A DNA stretch of 64,000 nt from Desulfuromonadales bacterium (GCA_033549025.1 JAWSUS010000001.1:325689-389688); one strand, 5' to 3'. Numbered from the stretch's first letter, positions 1 through 10,527 are shown. Made by a program: numbers and translations. The notes: generated from the letters alone by a model not told the origin.

Positions 1-644
1 AGGAAAGTCTGTCCGAAAATATAGTGGCGCTGCTGGGCAAAAGATAAACGTTTTCGGCTCAAAACGTAGCCGAGATATTCAACGGCGAGAAAAAAGAGGG
101 TAAAGAGTGCGGCGGCAATGGAGTAGAGCACCTGCCCCGCCAGCGGAATCAGGTTGAGCAGCAGCAGGGCCAGCATGCCGACGACAAAAAAACTCATCTT
201 CTTCCCTTCCACGACGATAGCGCGCCAGGCATCGCCGCCGAAGGTCTTCCAGGAAAAAGTTTCGCTTGAGCCGATGCCGGTCAGGATCTCTTCCGTGCGT
301 TCGGACAGCAGATCGTTGAAGGGAGAGGCAATCAGATTGCCCACCACGGTAAAGCAGAAAAAAACCAGCAGCGTCGTCACAATGGACGCCAGCAGCCAGG
401 CAAAAAAAGTCAGAAAAGCCCAATACCAGGCCTCTCCATGAGGAACATACCGGGCGACGATGTCCCCGAAGAAATCCAGACCCAAAAATACGACCCCCGA
501 AAACACCACCAGGTTGATGAGAAAAGGGATCAGCACAAATTTGAGCAGTCGCGGGTTTTTCCTTATAAAACCAAAACTTTTAAAAGGATAAAAAAACCCG
601 ATAGCAAAACGGGACATGGGATTGTCTTTTAAAACATCGATCAT
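1..644 (-). CDS. CysZ/EI24-family membrane protein, 3' end runs off the window
   Basis: Not in the ORF track; translated by hand from ATG 644 (GGAGGGAG RBS at 647-654): MIDVLKDNPMSRFAIGFFYPFKSFGFIRKNPRLLKFVLIPFLIN...GNLIASPFNDLLSERTE, hydrophobic and matching the CysZ/EI24 pattern. Confidence 0.75.
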   Translation of the reverse strand, partial: MIDVLKDNPMSRFAIGFFYPFKSFGFIRKNPRLLKFVLIPFLINLVVFSGVVFLGLDFFGDIVARYVPHGEAWYWAFLTFFAWLLASIVTTLLVFFCFTVVGNLIASPFNDLLSERTEEILTGIGSSETFSWKTFGGDAWRAIVVEGKKMSFFVVGMLALLLLNLIPLAGQVLYSIAAALFTLFFLAVEYLGYVLSRKRLSFAQQRHYIFGQTF

Positions 645-765
645 GACTCCCTCCTTCACAGCCCCGGTCAGGGGCAGAATTTCATTCAGGACTTAAAAGG
701 TCTTCTTTAAAGACAACAAATAAAATAGTGTTTTACTTTTTTGCATTCCTGGTGATAATAGGCCC

Positions 766-1992
766 ATGAATCCGTTCTCGTCCCCTTTGTCTCCCATTAA
801 ACTATGCCTGGTGGTCCTGCTGCTGGCCGTTTTATTGGGCCGCAGCAGCGCCGCAGAAGAAACGTCCGACATTCTCCTCGGCATGACGACCGCCCTCACC
901 GGACCGACCTCGGAGCTCGGAACCGCCATGCGGGACGGCGTTGTGGCCGGCCTGGAACGGATCAACCGGGCCGGCGGTATCAACGGACGTCAACTCAAAC
1001 TGTTCGTCCTCGACGACGGCTACGAACCCTACCGCGCCGCCGCTAACATGCGCACCCTGCTTGAAGAAAAGCAGGTACTCGCCATTATCGGCAATGTCGG
1101 TACACCAACGGCCATCGCCTCCGTACCGATTGCCATAGAGCAAAAAACCCTTTTCTTCGCTCCCTTCACCGGAGCCGGCCTGTTGCGTCGCCACCCCCCC
1201 GAACGCTATGTCATCAACTTTCGCGCCAGTTACGAACAGGAAATCGAAGCCATGGTCGAGGCTCTGATCGACCAGGGAGGACTCGCACCGACGGATATTG
1301 CCTTTTTCACGCAGCGCGACGGCTACGGGGATGCCGGATACGTCAGTGGCTACCGCGCCCTTAAACGGCGGGGACTGAAAAACGACCGGCAAATCCTGCA
1401 TGTGCGTTATGAACGCAACACGCTGGCCGTGGAAAACGCGCTGGCCGACATCCTGTACTATCGGCATCCCCCCAAGGCCATTATCATGGTCGGCGCCTAT
1501 GCCCCCTGCGCCAAGTTTATCCAGCTGGCCAAAGAATCGGGCCTCAAGGCCCTTTTTCTCAACGTTTCCTTTGTCGGCAGCAAGCCTTTGCAGCGCAAAC
1601 TCGGTCCCTATGCCGACAATGTCATCATCACTCAGGTCGTCCCCCCGCTCACGGGAAGCCACCCCCCGGTCGTCGACGAATTTATCGCCGATCTGGAAAA
1701 AATTCGGTTTAAAACCGATCCCAACGATGTCAGCCTCGAAGGATATATGGCCGCCCGGATTCTGGGCAAAGCCCTCCAAAAGGCGCCTTCGCCCCTGACC
1801 CGGGAGGCGGTGATTGACGGTCTGGAATCCCTCGGATCCTTTACCCTCGGTCCGGGCATTCCCTTGAAGCTCTCCCGCCAGCGGCACCAGGCCAGCGACG
1901 GCGTCTGGCCGACCCGCCTGACGGCGCAGGATGTGCTGCCCTTTTCCTGGACGGAAATCGGTCCCCTGCTTAAAGAAGTGACAGCGCCATGA
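766..1992 (+). CDS. Periplasmic solute-binding protein, branched-chain amino acid/LivJ-like fold
   Basis: Signal peptide; motifs LTGP, GGINGRQL, DDGYEP, GNVGTPT. Confidence 0.85.
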   Translation: MNPFSSPLSPIKLCLVVLLLAVLLGRSSAAEETSDILLGMTTALTGPTSELGTAMRDGVVAGLERINRAGGINGRQLKLFVLDDGYEPYRAAANMRTLLEEKQVLAIIGNVGTPTAIASVPIAIEQKTLFFAPFTGAGLLRRHPPERYVINFRASYEQEIEAMVEALIDQGGLAPTDIAFFTQRDGYGDAGYVSGYRALKRRGLKNDRQILHVRYERNTLAVENALADILYYRHPPKAIIMVGAYAPCAKFIQLAKESGLKALFLNVSFVGSKPLQRKLGPYADNVIITQVVPPLTGSHPPVVDEFIADLEKIRFKTDPNDVSLEGYMAARILGKALQKAPSPLTREAVIDGLESLGSFTLGPGIPLKLSRQRHQASDGVWPTRLTAQDVLPFSWTEIGPLLKEVTAP

Positions 1993-4895
1993 TCGTTACC
2001 CGCTGCTTCCAGCGCATTTCCCTCATGATCTGGGTTCTCATTGCGATCGCCCTGCTCGTGCCAGTCATGGGCATCGTCCACCTGACGACCATTCTGGGGG
2101 ACACCCAGGCGCAGCGGAAGCATCTCCTTCAGACCCAACAGGAAGAAGTGTACCTTCTCAAAGAACTTCGCAGCAAGACGCATGCGGCCAAAGAGGAACT
2201 CAACAGCAAACTTTACCATACCCGCGTCCCCGTTACCGACGACGGGCAGGTGACCAGCTACCTGCAACTTCTCGAAGATATTTCGCAACGAACGCCGCAT
2301 CTGGGCCAGGATGCGATCTGGGCCCAGCTTGAGGGCGCCGCCGATCCCCTGTCCGAGCTCGCCAGGGAGGCTTCCACCTGGCGGGAGCACTACATCCGGG
2401 TGGAAACGGACTTGGTGCAGGACATTTCCATGAACCGCCTGCAGGACTTCCAGCAACGCTTGGCGGCCGCTATCGAGTCGGCCGAAGGGCGCTGGCGCCT
2501 GACGGAAGCCCGCCAGATTCGGCGTTGGCGCGAAAGCTCCGGCCCTGAAGCAGAGCGGATAGCCCGCAATATCCTGGAAAAAAGAGGAGAGTTATGGTTC
2601 CCTCTGCTGAACGAACTTTCCGTCGAGCTCAATTTCCTGTCGACGCTGGTCGCCAGACTGGCCATCGAAAAAAGCATCGACCACCTGCATGACCTCAAAG
2701 ACAACCAGATCAAGCCCAGCATGGACCGATTGGAACACAACATCCTCATCCTGGAAGAGGAAGGGATCTTCCCGGCCGGAGAAACCCTCGCCCTTTTCAA
2801 CGATTACAAAAACGCCATTTTCGGTCAGGGGCACCGCATCGACCACGACTATCAGACCATCGAGGCCACCGGCGGTTTTTTTCGTCTATGTCAGGATCAC
2901 CTTCAGCTTCAGGCCCATCGTCTGGTCCTGGATGACGCCATCGCCAGACACTTTAACCAGATCGAGGCGATTTATCCTCAGCTGGCCCACAAAACCAAAG
3001 AGCGGGTCGATCGCCTGACGGAAGCGATGGAAGCCGGCATCAGCCAGGCACTCTGGCGCATGGGACGCAACGGCGCTCTGGCCATGACCGCCTTCCTGAT
3101 TCTGGGCACGCTCATCCGTCTGCGCATTCGCCAGCAGGTCCGTCGACTGGAAAAAGTGACCAGGCACCACAACCTCATCCTGAACTCAGCCGGGGAAGGG
3201 ATCATGGGACTTTCGCCGGACGGCAACACGACGTTTATCAACCAGGCCGGCGCCGACCTGCTCGGTTTCGCACAGAGCGAGCTGGTAGGACAAAACTATC
3301 TCCAGGTGGTCTGCCCCTCAGACAAAAAGGACACTCCGGCGGAGTCCCCCTGCCTCATTCGCCAGGTCTGGGAGACGGGCGCTCCGGCCCGGCAGGACAG
3401 TGCCTTGTTCTACCATAAAGACGGCCGTGCCATCCCGGTGGAATACATCTGCACCCCCATTCTGAACGAGGAACAACAGGCGGAGGGAGCCGTCATCGCT
3501 TTTTCCGATATCCGGGAACGCCAGGAGGCCGAACGCGCCCTGCTGAAAAAGAAGCAGCTCCTGGACCACCTGGCCCACCATGACCCCCTGACCGATCTGC
3601 CCAACCGCCGCCTCTTTCAGGACAGGCTCGTACACGCTCTCGACCGGGCTCGCCGCACAGGCAAGGAGGTCGCTCTGCTCTTTTTGGATCTGGACCGGTT
3701 CAAAAAGGTCAATGATACCCTGGGGCACGAAATGGGCGACAAGCTGCTGGCGGAAACCTCCGGCCGCCTGCGTCAGATCGTACGTCATTCGGATACCCTG
3801 GCCCGCCTGGGCGGCGATGAATTCGTGCTGCTGCTAGAAGATTCAGAGAACCCCAATCATGATGCCGTGGTGGCCCGTAAAATCCTCGAACAGCTGGCCA
3901 CACCCTTCAGCATCGGCCCCCATCAGCTCTATGTCACGGCCAGCATCGGCATCAGCCGTTTCCCCGCCGATGCCGTCGACGTCAAAGGGCTGACCAGTTG
4001 CGCCGATGCGGCGATGTACCACGCTAAGGCCAAGGGCAAAAACACCTTTCAGTTCTACACCCCCGAGCTCAACAGTCGTGCGGCGGAATTTCTCGAAATG
4101 GAAACCCGTCTGCGGCAGGCGCTGGCCCAGGATCTGTTCACCCTCCATTATCAGCCGCAGTTCGAAATCGCCACCGGAAACATCGTGGGGGTAGAAGCGC
4201 TCATCCGTTGGCACGACCCCGTCCTGGGTCATATCCCCCCCGACCGGTTTATTCCGCTGGCCGAGGAGAGCGGCTTGATTGTGCCTCTGGGCAACTGGGT
4301 ATTGCGCAAAGCCTGCGAACAGAATGTGGCCTGGCAAAGACAGGGGCTGCCCTGCCGAACCGTGGCCGTCAACATTTCAGGCATACAGTTCAGCCAGAGT
4401 GATTTTGTCGATATTGTGGATAACGTCCTCGCCTCCACCGGCCTGGATCCGCAATGGCTCGAACTGGAGATCACGGAAAGTACCATCATGGAGGATTTCA
4501 GTACCGCCATGATGACCCTCATCGATCTTAAAATTCGGGGAGTGCAGCTGGCCATCGACGATTTCGGCACCGGTTATTCGTCACTGAGCTACCTGAAACA
4601 GTTTCCCGTGGACAAACTGAAAATCGACCGTTCCTTTATCGGCGATGTGCTGCACGACGAAAATGCCTCCGCCATCACGCTGGCCATCATGGCCCTGGGC
4701 CGCGCCATGCATATGACCATCGTCGCCGAGGGCATCGAGAGGGAAGATCAGGTGAGGTTTCTTGCGGAGAACAACTGCGCCATCGGCCAGGGCTTCTTTT
4801 ATGCCCGCCCGATGCCGGCGGCGGCGTGCGAAGAGCTTTTTCGAAAAGCACAAAGCCGCAATTGGCCCGTCGCCCCTGTTGCGAAAACACCTTAA
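1989..4895 (+). CDS. Membrane-anchored PAS-GGDEF-EAL diguanylate cyclase/phosphodiesterase
   Basis: Two hydrophobic segments flank a large periplasmic region; PAS (ILNSAGEGI); HDPLTDLPNRR; RHSD I-site before GGDEF; VEALIRW; DDFGTGYSS. ATGA overlap with the upstream gene. Confidence 0.93.
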   Translation: MIVTRCFQRISLMIWVLIAIALLVPVMGIVHLTTILGDTQAQRKHLLQTQQEEVYLLKELRSKTHAAKEELNSKLYHTRVPVTDDGQVTSYLQLLEDISQRTPHLGQDAIWAQLEGAADPLSELAREASTWREHYIRVETDLVQDISMNRLQDFQQRLAAAIESAEGRWRLTEARQIRRWRESSGPEAERIARNILEKRGELWFPLLNELSVELNFLSTLVARLAIEKSIDHLHDLKDNQIKPSMDRLEHNILILEEEGIFPAGETLALFNDYKNAIFGQGHRIDHDYQTIEATGGFFRLCQDHLQLQAHRLVLDDAIARHFNQIEAIYPQLAHKTKERVDRLTEAMEAGISQALWRMGRNGALAMTAFLILGTLIRLRIRQQVRRLEKVTRHHNLILNSAGEGIMGLSPDGNTTFINQAGADLLGFAQSELVGQNYLQVVCPSDKKDTPAESPCLIRQVWETGAPARQDSALFYHKDGRAIPVEYICTPILNEEQQAEGAVIAFSDIRERQEAERALLKKKQLLDHLAHHDPLTDLPNRRLFQDRLVHALDRARRTGKEVALLFLDLDRFKKVNDTLGHEMGDKLLAETSGRLRQIVRHSDTLARLGGDEFVLLLEDSENPNHDAVVARKILEQLATPFSIGPHQLYVTASIGISRFPADAVDVKGLTSCADAAMYHAKAKGKNTFQFYTPELNSRAAEFLEMETRLRQALAQDLFTLHYQPQFEIATGNIVGVEALIRWHDPVLGHIPPDRFIPLAEESGLIVPLGNWVLRKACEQNVAWQRQGLPCRTVAVNISGIQFSQSDFVDIVDNVLASTGLDPQWLELEITESTIMEDFSTAMMTLIDLKIRGVQLAIDDFGTGYSSLSYLKQFPVDKLKIDRSFIGDVLHDENASAITLAIMALGRAMHMTIVAEGIEREDQVRFLAENNCAIGQGFFYARPMPAAACEELFRKAQSRNWPVAPVAKTP

Positions 4896-4920
4896 AGCGC
4901 CAGGCAACCTCAATGGCCGC

Positions 4921-4948
4921 AAAAAAGGCCAGGGTTTTCGCCCTGGCC
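4921..4948 (-). terminator. Intrinsic terminator after valS
   Basis: GGCCAGGG-ttttcg-CCCTGGCC hairpin with an A6 run on the + strand (U-tract on minus), between convergent genes. Confidence 0.7.
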
Positions 4949-4958
4949 CCGTTTCGCC

Positions 4959-7619
4959 CTATCCTTTAAGGGACTGTATCTTCTTCAGGCTTTCCTGCAG
5001 AATCCCCAGTTTTTCTTCCGCCTCTTTCTGCTTGCCGCGATCCTTCTCCAGCACCTCGGGCGGCGCATTGGCGACGAACTTCTCGTTGGAGAGTTTTTTG
5101 GCAAAAAACTCCACATCCTTCTGCACCTTGGCAATCTCTTTACCCAGACGCTTTTCTTCCTCTTCAATGTTGACCAGCCCTGCCAACGGCAGCAGAATCT
5201 CGACCTCGCCAGCCACCTGGGTGGCGGCCTGAGCGGGGCGTTCGACACCGACACCAGAGGTCAACTCGCCGACGCGGGCGAGAGCGCGGATGTAACCCTC
5301 GCCGGCGGCCATGACGGCCATCGCCTCTTCTCCCTTGCAGTCGAGCACGGCGGCAATCTGTTTGGACGGCGGCACGTCCATCTCACCGCGGATATTGCGG
5401 ATGGCCTTGATGACATCCATGATCCACTCCATCCGCCGGGCGCCTTCCGCATTGACGGGCAGGCCTTCTCCGGTGGGATAGTCGGCCAGCATGATGGATT
5501 CGACGGGTCGGCCGCCGGGCAGGGCCTGCCAGATCTCCTCCGTGATGAAGGGCATGAAGGGGTGCAGCAGACGCAGGAGCTGCTCGAGCACGGTGAAGAC
5601 CACCGCCTTGGCGCGGGCTTTGGTCGCCTCGTCATCACCGTAAAGATCATCCTTGCTGAGCTCGATAAACCAGTCGCAGAACTCGTGCCAGGTGAAGGCA
5701 TAGAGAATGGAGGCGCCTTCGTTAAAGCGGTACTCGGCGAGGGCGCGGCCGGCGTTCTGGGCCGCCTCACTCAGACGGGTCAGAATCCACTGGTCAGCCA
5801 AAGAGAGATCAAGCCGGTCCAGATCAATGGTGGCGGGATCAAAGTTGTCGAGATTCATCAGCGCAAAGCGGCTGGCATTCCACAGTTTGTTGGCGAAGTT
5901 CCGGTAGCCGGCGATACGCTCGGTGGAAAGTTTGACGTCGCGGCCCTGGGCAGCAAAGGCGGCCAGCGTGAAGCGGAAGGCGTCGGTGCCGTACTCTTCG
6001 ATGACGGTCAGCGGGTCGATGACATTGCCCTTGCTCTTGCTCATCTTCTGCCCCTGGGCATCGCGCACGAGAGCGTGGATGTAAACGTCCTTGAAGGGAA
6101 CCTGCCCCATGAACTTGAGCCCCATCATCATCATGCGCGCCACCCAGAAAAAGAGGATGTCGAAACCGGTGATCAGGCAGGAGGTGGGGTAGAACTTCTG
6201 CAGGGTCTCGGTATTCTCGGGCCAGCCCATGGTGGAGAAAGGCCACAGGGCTGACGAGAACCAGGTGTCGAGTACGTCTGTCTCCTGACGGATATTGCTG
6301 CTGCCGCAATGAGCGCAGCTGCGGGCGTCTTCCATGGCGACCGTGATCTGGTCGCAATCGTCGCAGAACCAGGCGGGGATGCGGTGCCCCCACCAGATCT
6401 GGCGGCTGATGCACCAGTCCTGGATATTGTTCATCCACTCGAAATAGGTCTTCTCCCACTGCGGCGGCACGATGCGAGTCTGGCCGGTCTCAACGGCCTT
6501 GATCGCCTCTGCGGCCAGCGGCCCGACCTTGACGTACCACTGTTTGCTCATGTAGGGCTCGATGACGGTGCGGCAGCGGTAACATTCGCCGACAGCATTG
6601 GCGTAATCGTCGATGCGGTCGAGCAGCCCCTGTTTTTCGAGGTCGGCCACCACGTTGGCGCGAGCCTCGTAGCGTTCCTGGCCGGCGTAAGGGCCGCCGT
6701 TTTCGTTCACCACTCCCGAGGGATCAAAAATGTTGATGAACTCAAGATCATGCCGCTTGCCGAGCTCGAAGTCGTTGAAGTCATGGGCCGGGGTGATCTT
6801 GACGGCGCCGGAGCCGAACTCTTTGTCGACGTAGTCATCGGCAACGATAGGGATTTCCCGGTTCATCAACGGCAGCAGAACCTTTTTGCCGATCAGATCC
6901 CGGTAACGCTCATCCTCGGGATTAACCGCCACGGCGGTGTCGCCGAGCATGGTCTCGGGCCGGGTGGTGGCTACGACGAGATAGCGGTCGGTGCCGAGCA
7001 CCGGATAGCGCAGGTGCCAGAGATGGCCCTTCTTGTCCTCATGCTCGACCTCCAGGTCGGAGAGGGCGGTGTGACAGCGCGGACACCAGTTGATGAGGCG
7101 GTTGTCGCGATAGATCAGCCCTTCGTCATAGAGGCGCACAAAGACGGTACGCACCGCTTTGGAGAGCCCCTCGTCCATGGTGAAGCGCTCGCGCTCCCAG
7201 TCACAGGAGGCGCCAAGGCGCTTGAGCTGATTGATGATCTGGCCGCCGGACTGTTCGCGCCACTGCCAGACTCGCTCAACAAATTCTTCGCGGCCGAGGG
7301 CATGGCGATCACGTCCTTCAGAGGCAAGCTGCTTCTCCACCACATTCTGGGTAGCGATGCCGGCATGGTCGGTGCCGGGCATCCACAGCACCTCATGCCC
7401 GGTCATGCGCTTCCACCTCACCAGAATGTCTTGCAGGGTGTTGTTGAGAGCATGCCCCATGTGCAGAACGCCGGTGACATTGGGGGGTGGGATGACAATG
7501 GAATAATGGGGCTTGGAGGATTTTTCGTTGGCGTGGAAGTAACCTTTGTCCTCCCAAACCCTGTACCACTTATCTTCAACCTCTTTCGGCTCATACCCTT
7601 TGGGGAGCGATGCATCCAT
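4959..7619 (-). CDS. valS: Valine--tRNA ligase
   Basis: PPPNVTGVLHMGH, DWCISRQIWWGH, KMSKSKGN, C-terminal coiled coil. Confidence 0.98.
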   Translation of the reverse strand: MDASLPKGYEPKEVEDKWYRVWEDKGYFHANEKSSKPHYSIVIPPPNVTGVLHMGHALNNTLQDILVRWKRMTGHEVLWMPGTDHAGIATQNVVEKQLASEGRDRHALGREEFVERVWQWREQSGGQIINQLKRLGASCDWERERFTMDEGLSKAVRTVFVRLYDEGLIYRDNRLINWCPRCHTALSDLEVEHEDKKGHLWHLRYPVLGTDRYLVVATTRPETMLGDTAVAVNPEDERYRDLIGKKVLLPLMNREIPIVADDYVDKEFGSGAVKITPAHDFNDFELGKRHDLEFINIFDPSGVVNENGGPYAGQERYEARANVVADLEKQGLLDRIDDYANAVGECYRCRTVIEPYMSKQWYVKVGPLAAEAIKAVETGQTRIVPPQWEKTYFEWMNNIQDWCISRQIWWGHRIPAWFCDDCDQITVAMEDARSCAHCGSSNIRQETDVLDTWFSSALWPFSTMGWPENTETLQKFYPTSCLITGFDILFFWVARMMMMGLKFMGQVPFKDVYIHALVRDAQGQKMSKSKGNVIDPLTVIEEYGTDAFRFTLAAFAAQGRDVKLSTERIAGYRNFANKLWNASRFALMNLDNFDPATIDLDRLDLSLADQWILTRLSEAAQNAGRALAEYRFNEGASILYAFTWHEFCDWFIELSKDDLYGDDEATKARAKAVVFTVLEQLLRLLHPFMPFITEEIWQALPGGRPVESIMLADYPTGEGLPVNAEGARRMEWIMDVIKAIRNIRGEMDVPPSKQIAAVLDCKGEEAMAVMAAGEGYIRALARVGELTSGVGVERPAQAATQVAGEVEILLPLAGLVNIEEEEKRLGKEIAKVQKDVEFFAKKLSNEKFVANAPPEVLEKDRGKQKEAEEKLGILQESLKKIQSLKG

Positions 7620-7687
7620 GAACTGATCCTTCCATCTTCTATGTACTCAGGGGCCCCAGGGGATCCCCTGGCGTTGGCAAGGGTTGC

Positions 7688-7730
7688 AAAAGGAAATGGG
7701 GATTCTAGCAATCCCCATTTCGTCCGTCAA
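7688..7730 (-). promoter_or_regulatory. Sigma70 promoter for valS overlapping a terminator-like hairpin
   Basis: Minus strand TTGACG (7730-7725), 17-nt spacer, TAGAAT (7707-7702) with extended TG; 12-bp stem 7693-7704/7710-7721 followed by CTTTT on minus. Confidence 0.6.
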
Positions 7731-7764
7731 TATATCGCTGTGTGTGCCTTTTGAAGAAAAATAG

Positions 7765-9243
7765 CTACTGAGCAGCCCCTTCCTTGATCTGGCGGATTTC
7801 CTCCTTGATCAGGCTTTCCGCCAGATCCGGCACCACATCCCAGGCAATTTTCTCAAGAATGGTGCCCGCCAGGCGCTCGACCACTTCGGCCGCCACCCGC
7901 TCAACGATACGAGCTACTTCCGCTTCAGAAACGGCGGGGGCCGCGGCAGCGGCAGGGGCGGAAGCGACAGGCGTTTCCGGGGCCGGTTCGTCGAACAGGG
8001 CCTCCTCCAACAGTCCCTCCTCGGCAACGGGGGCAGTCTCCTCGAATGGGGCCGGCATCTCTTCCGTCGAAGAAGGCACCTCGAAAGGTGCAGCCGACGT
8101 CTCCTCACCAGCAGTGGTCTCCTCCGAGCCCGCGTCGAGTGCGTCTTCAGGGGACTCGGAAAGAAGATCCTCGTCGTCCCAGTCCGCCAGATCGGCCTCC
8201 TCCAAAATATCTTCGTCGGACAGGGCCAGAATGTCCTCGAGTTCCACTTCATCTTCGGCGGGCTCAGACTCAGAAGCAGGCGCCTCGTAAGTCCCCCAGA
8301 CATCCTCTTCCGCCTCGGCACTCATCAGGTCCACTCCGGCCGCAGAAGTTTCGGAAGGGGCCGATTGTTCGCCTGCTTCGCCCAGCCCCTCAGGTTCATC
8401 CCCCCACAGATCATCGCTGGCTTCAGCACTCATCAGGTCTTCAGGGGCAGCTACCGGACTCGGCGATTCCTCGTCCTGCCAACCCTCCTCCCCTTCGACT
8501 TCGAAGCCGAAATCCTCCAGGGTGGCCTCTTCCACCGGGTGTTCCGCCAAGGTATCGGTTTCTGTTTCTTCGTCCCCGAGGACTTCAGTCTCGGCCTGCC
8601 ACAGGTCTTCATCAGCCTGGTCGGTCGCGGCCGGCTGATCCAACTCTTCGTCATCGAAGGAAACATCGGACCAGAGGTCTTCGTCAGCAGCAACCCCATC
8701 CTCCCCTTCCATCGCCCCAGAGGGTTCGGAGGGGGCAGCAGGAGCGACGGCAGCGGGGACCAACTCCTCCCACATATCCGCCTCAATGTCTTCAACCGGA
8801 GCGGACACTCCCGAAGGTTCCGACAACGGCGCCGCAGCGTCCTCCATTTCAGGAATCTCCGCCACGATATCGTCGGCGGCGGCGAGAAGTTCTTCGACTT
8901 TCCGGATAAGAGCCTGGGATTCAAAAGGCTTGGCAATCCAGCCATCGGCGCCACAGGCACTGGCCTTATTTTCATCAAAAGGTTCGAAGGTGCCGGTCAA
9001 AAGCAGAACCGGCACGCCCTTGAGCCCCCCTTCCTGCTTGATTGCCGCACAAAGCTCATAGCCATTTTTCCCGGGCATGAAGACGTCGGCGAGAACCAGG
9101 TCGGGGTGACTGGTGCGGGCTTTCTCCAGGGCGGCATCACCGTTGTCAACAACGATCAGGTCGTAATCTTCGTTGGCAAAGGTAATGCTTATGACTTTCT
9201 GGATGGTAATACTGTCGTCGGCCAACAACAGTTTTTTGCTCAT
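7765..9243 (-). CDS. RomR-like response regulator (receiver, long acidic linker, conserved C-terminal helix)
   Basis: MSKKLLLADDS...LVLADVFMP...KPF receiver; Asp/Glu-rich linker; C-terminal ILEKIAWDVVPDLAESLIKEEI resembles the RomR C-terminus. Start set at ATG 9243 (GGAGG RBS). Confidence 0.75.
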   Translation of the reverse strand: MSKKLLLADDSITIQKVISITFANEDYDLIVVDNGDAALEKARTSHPDLVLADVFMPGKNGYELCAAIKQEGGLKGVPVLLLTGTFEPFDENKASACGADGWIAKPFESQALIRKVEELLAAADDIVAEIPEMEDAAAPLSEPSGVSAPVEDIEADMWEELVPAAVAPAAPSEPSGAMEGEDGVAADEDLWSDVSFDDEELDQPAATDQADEDLWQAETEVLGDEETETDTLAEHPVEEATLEDFGFEVEGEEGWQDEESPSPVAAPEDLMSAEASDDLWGDEPEGLGEAGEQSAPSETSAAGVDLMSAEAEEDVWGTYEAPASESEPAEDEVELEDILALSDEDILEEADLADWDDEDLLSESPEDALDAGSEETTAGEETSAAPFEVPSSTEEMPAPFEETAPVAEEGLLEEALFDEPAPETPVASAPAAAAAPAVSEAEVARIVERVAAEVVERLAGTILEKIAWDVVPDLAESLIKEEIRQIKEGAAQ

Positions 9244-9486
9244 GCAAGCCTCCTTGGCACCCCGCGATAAAGGGAGCCGGCAAAATTCCGCGGAAAAAGC
9301 CGTTTGGCATCGAAGCAAAACAGGTTCAGCGCCTTCAGATGGCGCACAGGGTACGCCTGACCGGGGAGCACCCTCCGAAAAAGGGAATCAGACCGCCGGC
9401 GAAAGGCGCAAAAACGCCATAAAATTAGCACAGGGAAATCAGGCGAGTCAAGCTTTCTCCATCGGAAATTCAAAGAGTTAAGTCCC

Positions 9487-10527
9487 TTACAAAATCTTCC
9501 ATGGCTGGGGCAGAAAAAGCCGGTGATACAGATTGATGGCAAAACGGTCGGTCATGCCCGCGATAAAATCGGCAACCGAAACCTCAAGAGAGTCCCCGCA
9601 GAAGCGATCGCCCCCATGAGCCACCAGGGCCTCCTCGTCCTGCATGAAGTAAAGGAACAGTTCCCGCAGGATGCGTGAGGCCTTGATGAAATCATCATGG
9701 ACGGTTTTCACCTGGTAAACGTGAACAAACAGCCATTCACGCAGCGCATCAATGGCTTTGATGACCGCCGGCGAGAGCGAAATCTCCTCTTCATCGGATC
9801 CGATCGAAGCCTGGATCATGTCGCAGACCATAGTATTGATTCTTTGGGAGTGGCTGCGCCCGAGAACATCCACAATGGCGGCCGGAACCTGTTCTGCCCG
9901 GATAAGACCGGCACGAAGAGCATCGTCAAGGTCATGATTGACGTAGGCAACAATATCCGCCAACCGCACAACCTGCCCCTCCAGGGTCTCCGCCCTTACC
10001 GCAGGGTCCTTGGCCAGAATAGCCCCCCGCCCCTTGGAGTGTTTGACGATACCGTCGCGCACCTCGGCGGTCAGGTTTAGCCCCAGGCCCTCCTTCTCCA
10101 GGCAATCGACCACCCGCAGGCTCTGACGGACATGATGAAATCCACCGGACACCAGCTCACTCAGCACCCTTTCGCCGGCATGGCCGAAGGGGGTGTGGCC
10201 CAGATCGTGGCCAAGCGCGATGGCTTCGGTCAAATCCTCATTCAAACGAAGAGCCTTTGCGACAGTACGGGCGATCTGCGCTACTTCCAGAGTATGCGTC
10301 AGGCGGGTACGATAATGATCACCTTCCGGCGCCAGAAAGACCTGGGTCTTATGTTTAAGTCGTCGGAACGATTTGCAATGAAGGATGCGGTCACGGTCAT
10401 GCTGAAAAGCCGTACGAACAGCGCAGGGATCTTCTTCCTTTTTACGCTGGCCTCCACGCATGCTCAAGCAGGCCTTGGGCGACAGAGAAAGTTCTTCCTG
10501 GTGTTCGAGTTGCTCACGGATAGTCAT
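9487..10527 (-). CDS. dgt: Deoxyguanosinetriphosphate triphosphohydrolase (HD family)
   Basis: [54 protein letters not shown]. Confidence 0.92.
   Translation of the reverse strand: MTIREQLEHQEELSLSPKACLSMRGGQRKKEEDPCAVRTAFQHDRDRILHCKSFRRLKHKTQVFLAPEGDHYRTRLTHTLEVAQIARTVAKALRLNEDLTEAIALGHDLGHTPFGHAGERVLSELVSGGFHHVRQSLRVVDCLEKEGLGLNLTAEVRDGIVKHSKGRGAILAKDPAVRAETLEGQVVRLADIVAYVNHDLDDALRAGLIRAEQVPAAIVDVLGRSHSQRINTMVCDMIQASIGSDEEEISLSPAVIKAIDALREWLFVHVYQVKTVHDDFIKASRILRELFLYFMQDEEALVAHGGDRFCGDSLEVSVADFIAGMTDRFAINLYHRLFLPQPWKIL

Noticed and set aside
79..632. Short track ORFs at the window start
   Set aside because: Explained by the minus-strand CysZ/EI24-like frame from 644, which runs off the window.
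6309..7754. 481-aa + strand ORF, and similar long ORFs at 17003-18151, 26753-28204, 29992-31233 and 44647-45867
   Set aside because: Antisense shadows of well-supported genes (valS, secA, mrdA, mreB, mod), expected from GC-rich codon bias; no recognisable motifs.
7620..7764. T-box riboswitch upstream of valS
   Set aside because: The region is only 145 nt and I found no T-box consensus; the hairpin is better explained as a terminator overlapping the promoter.
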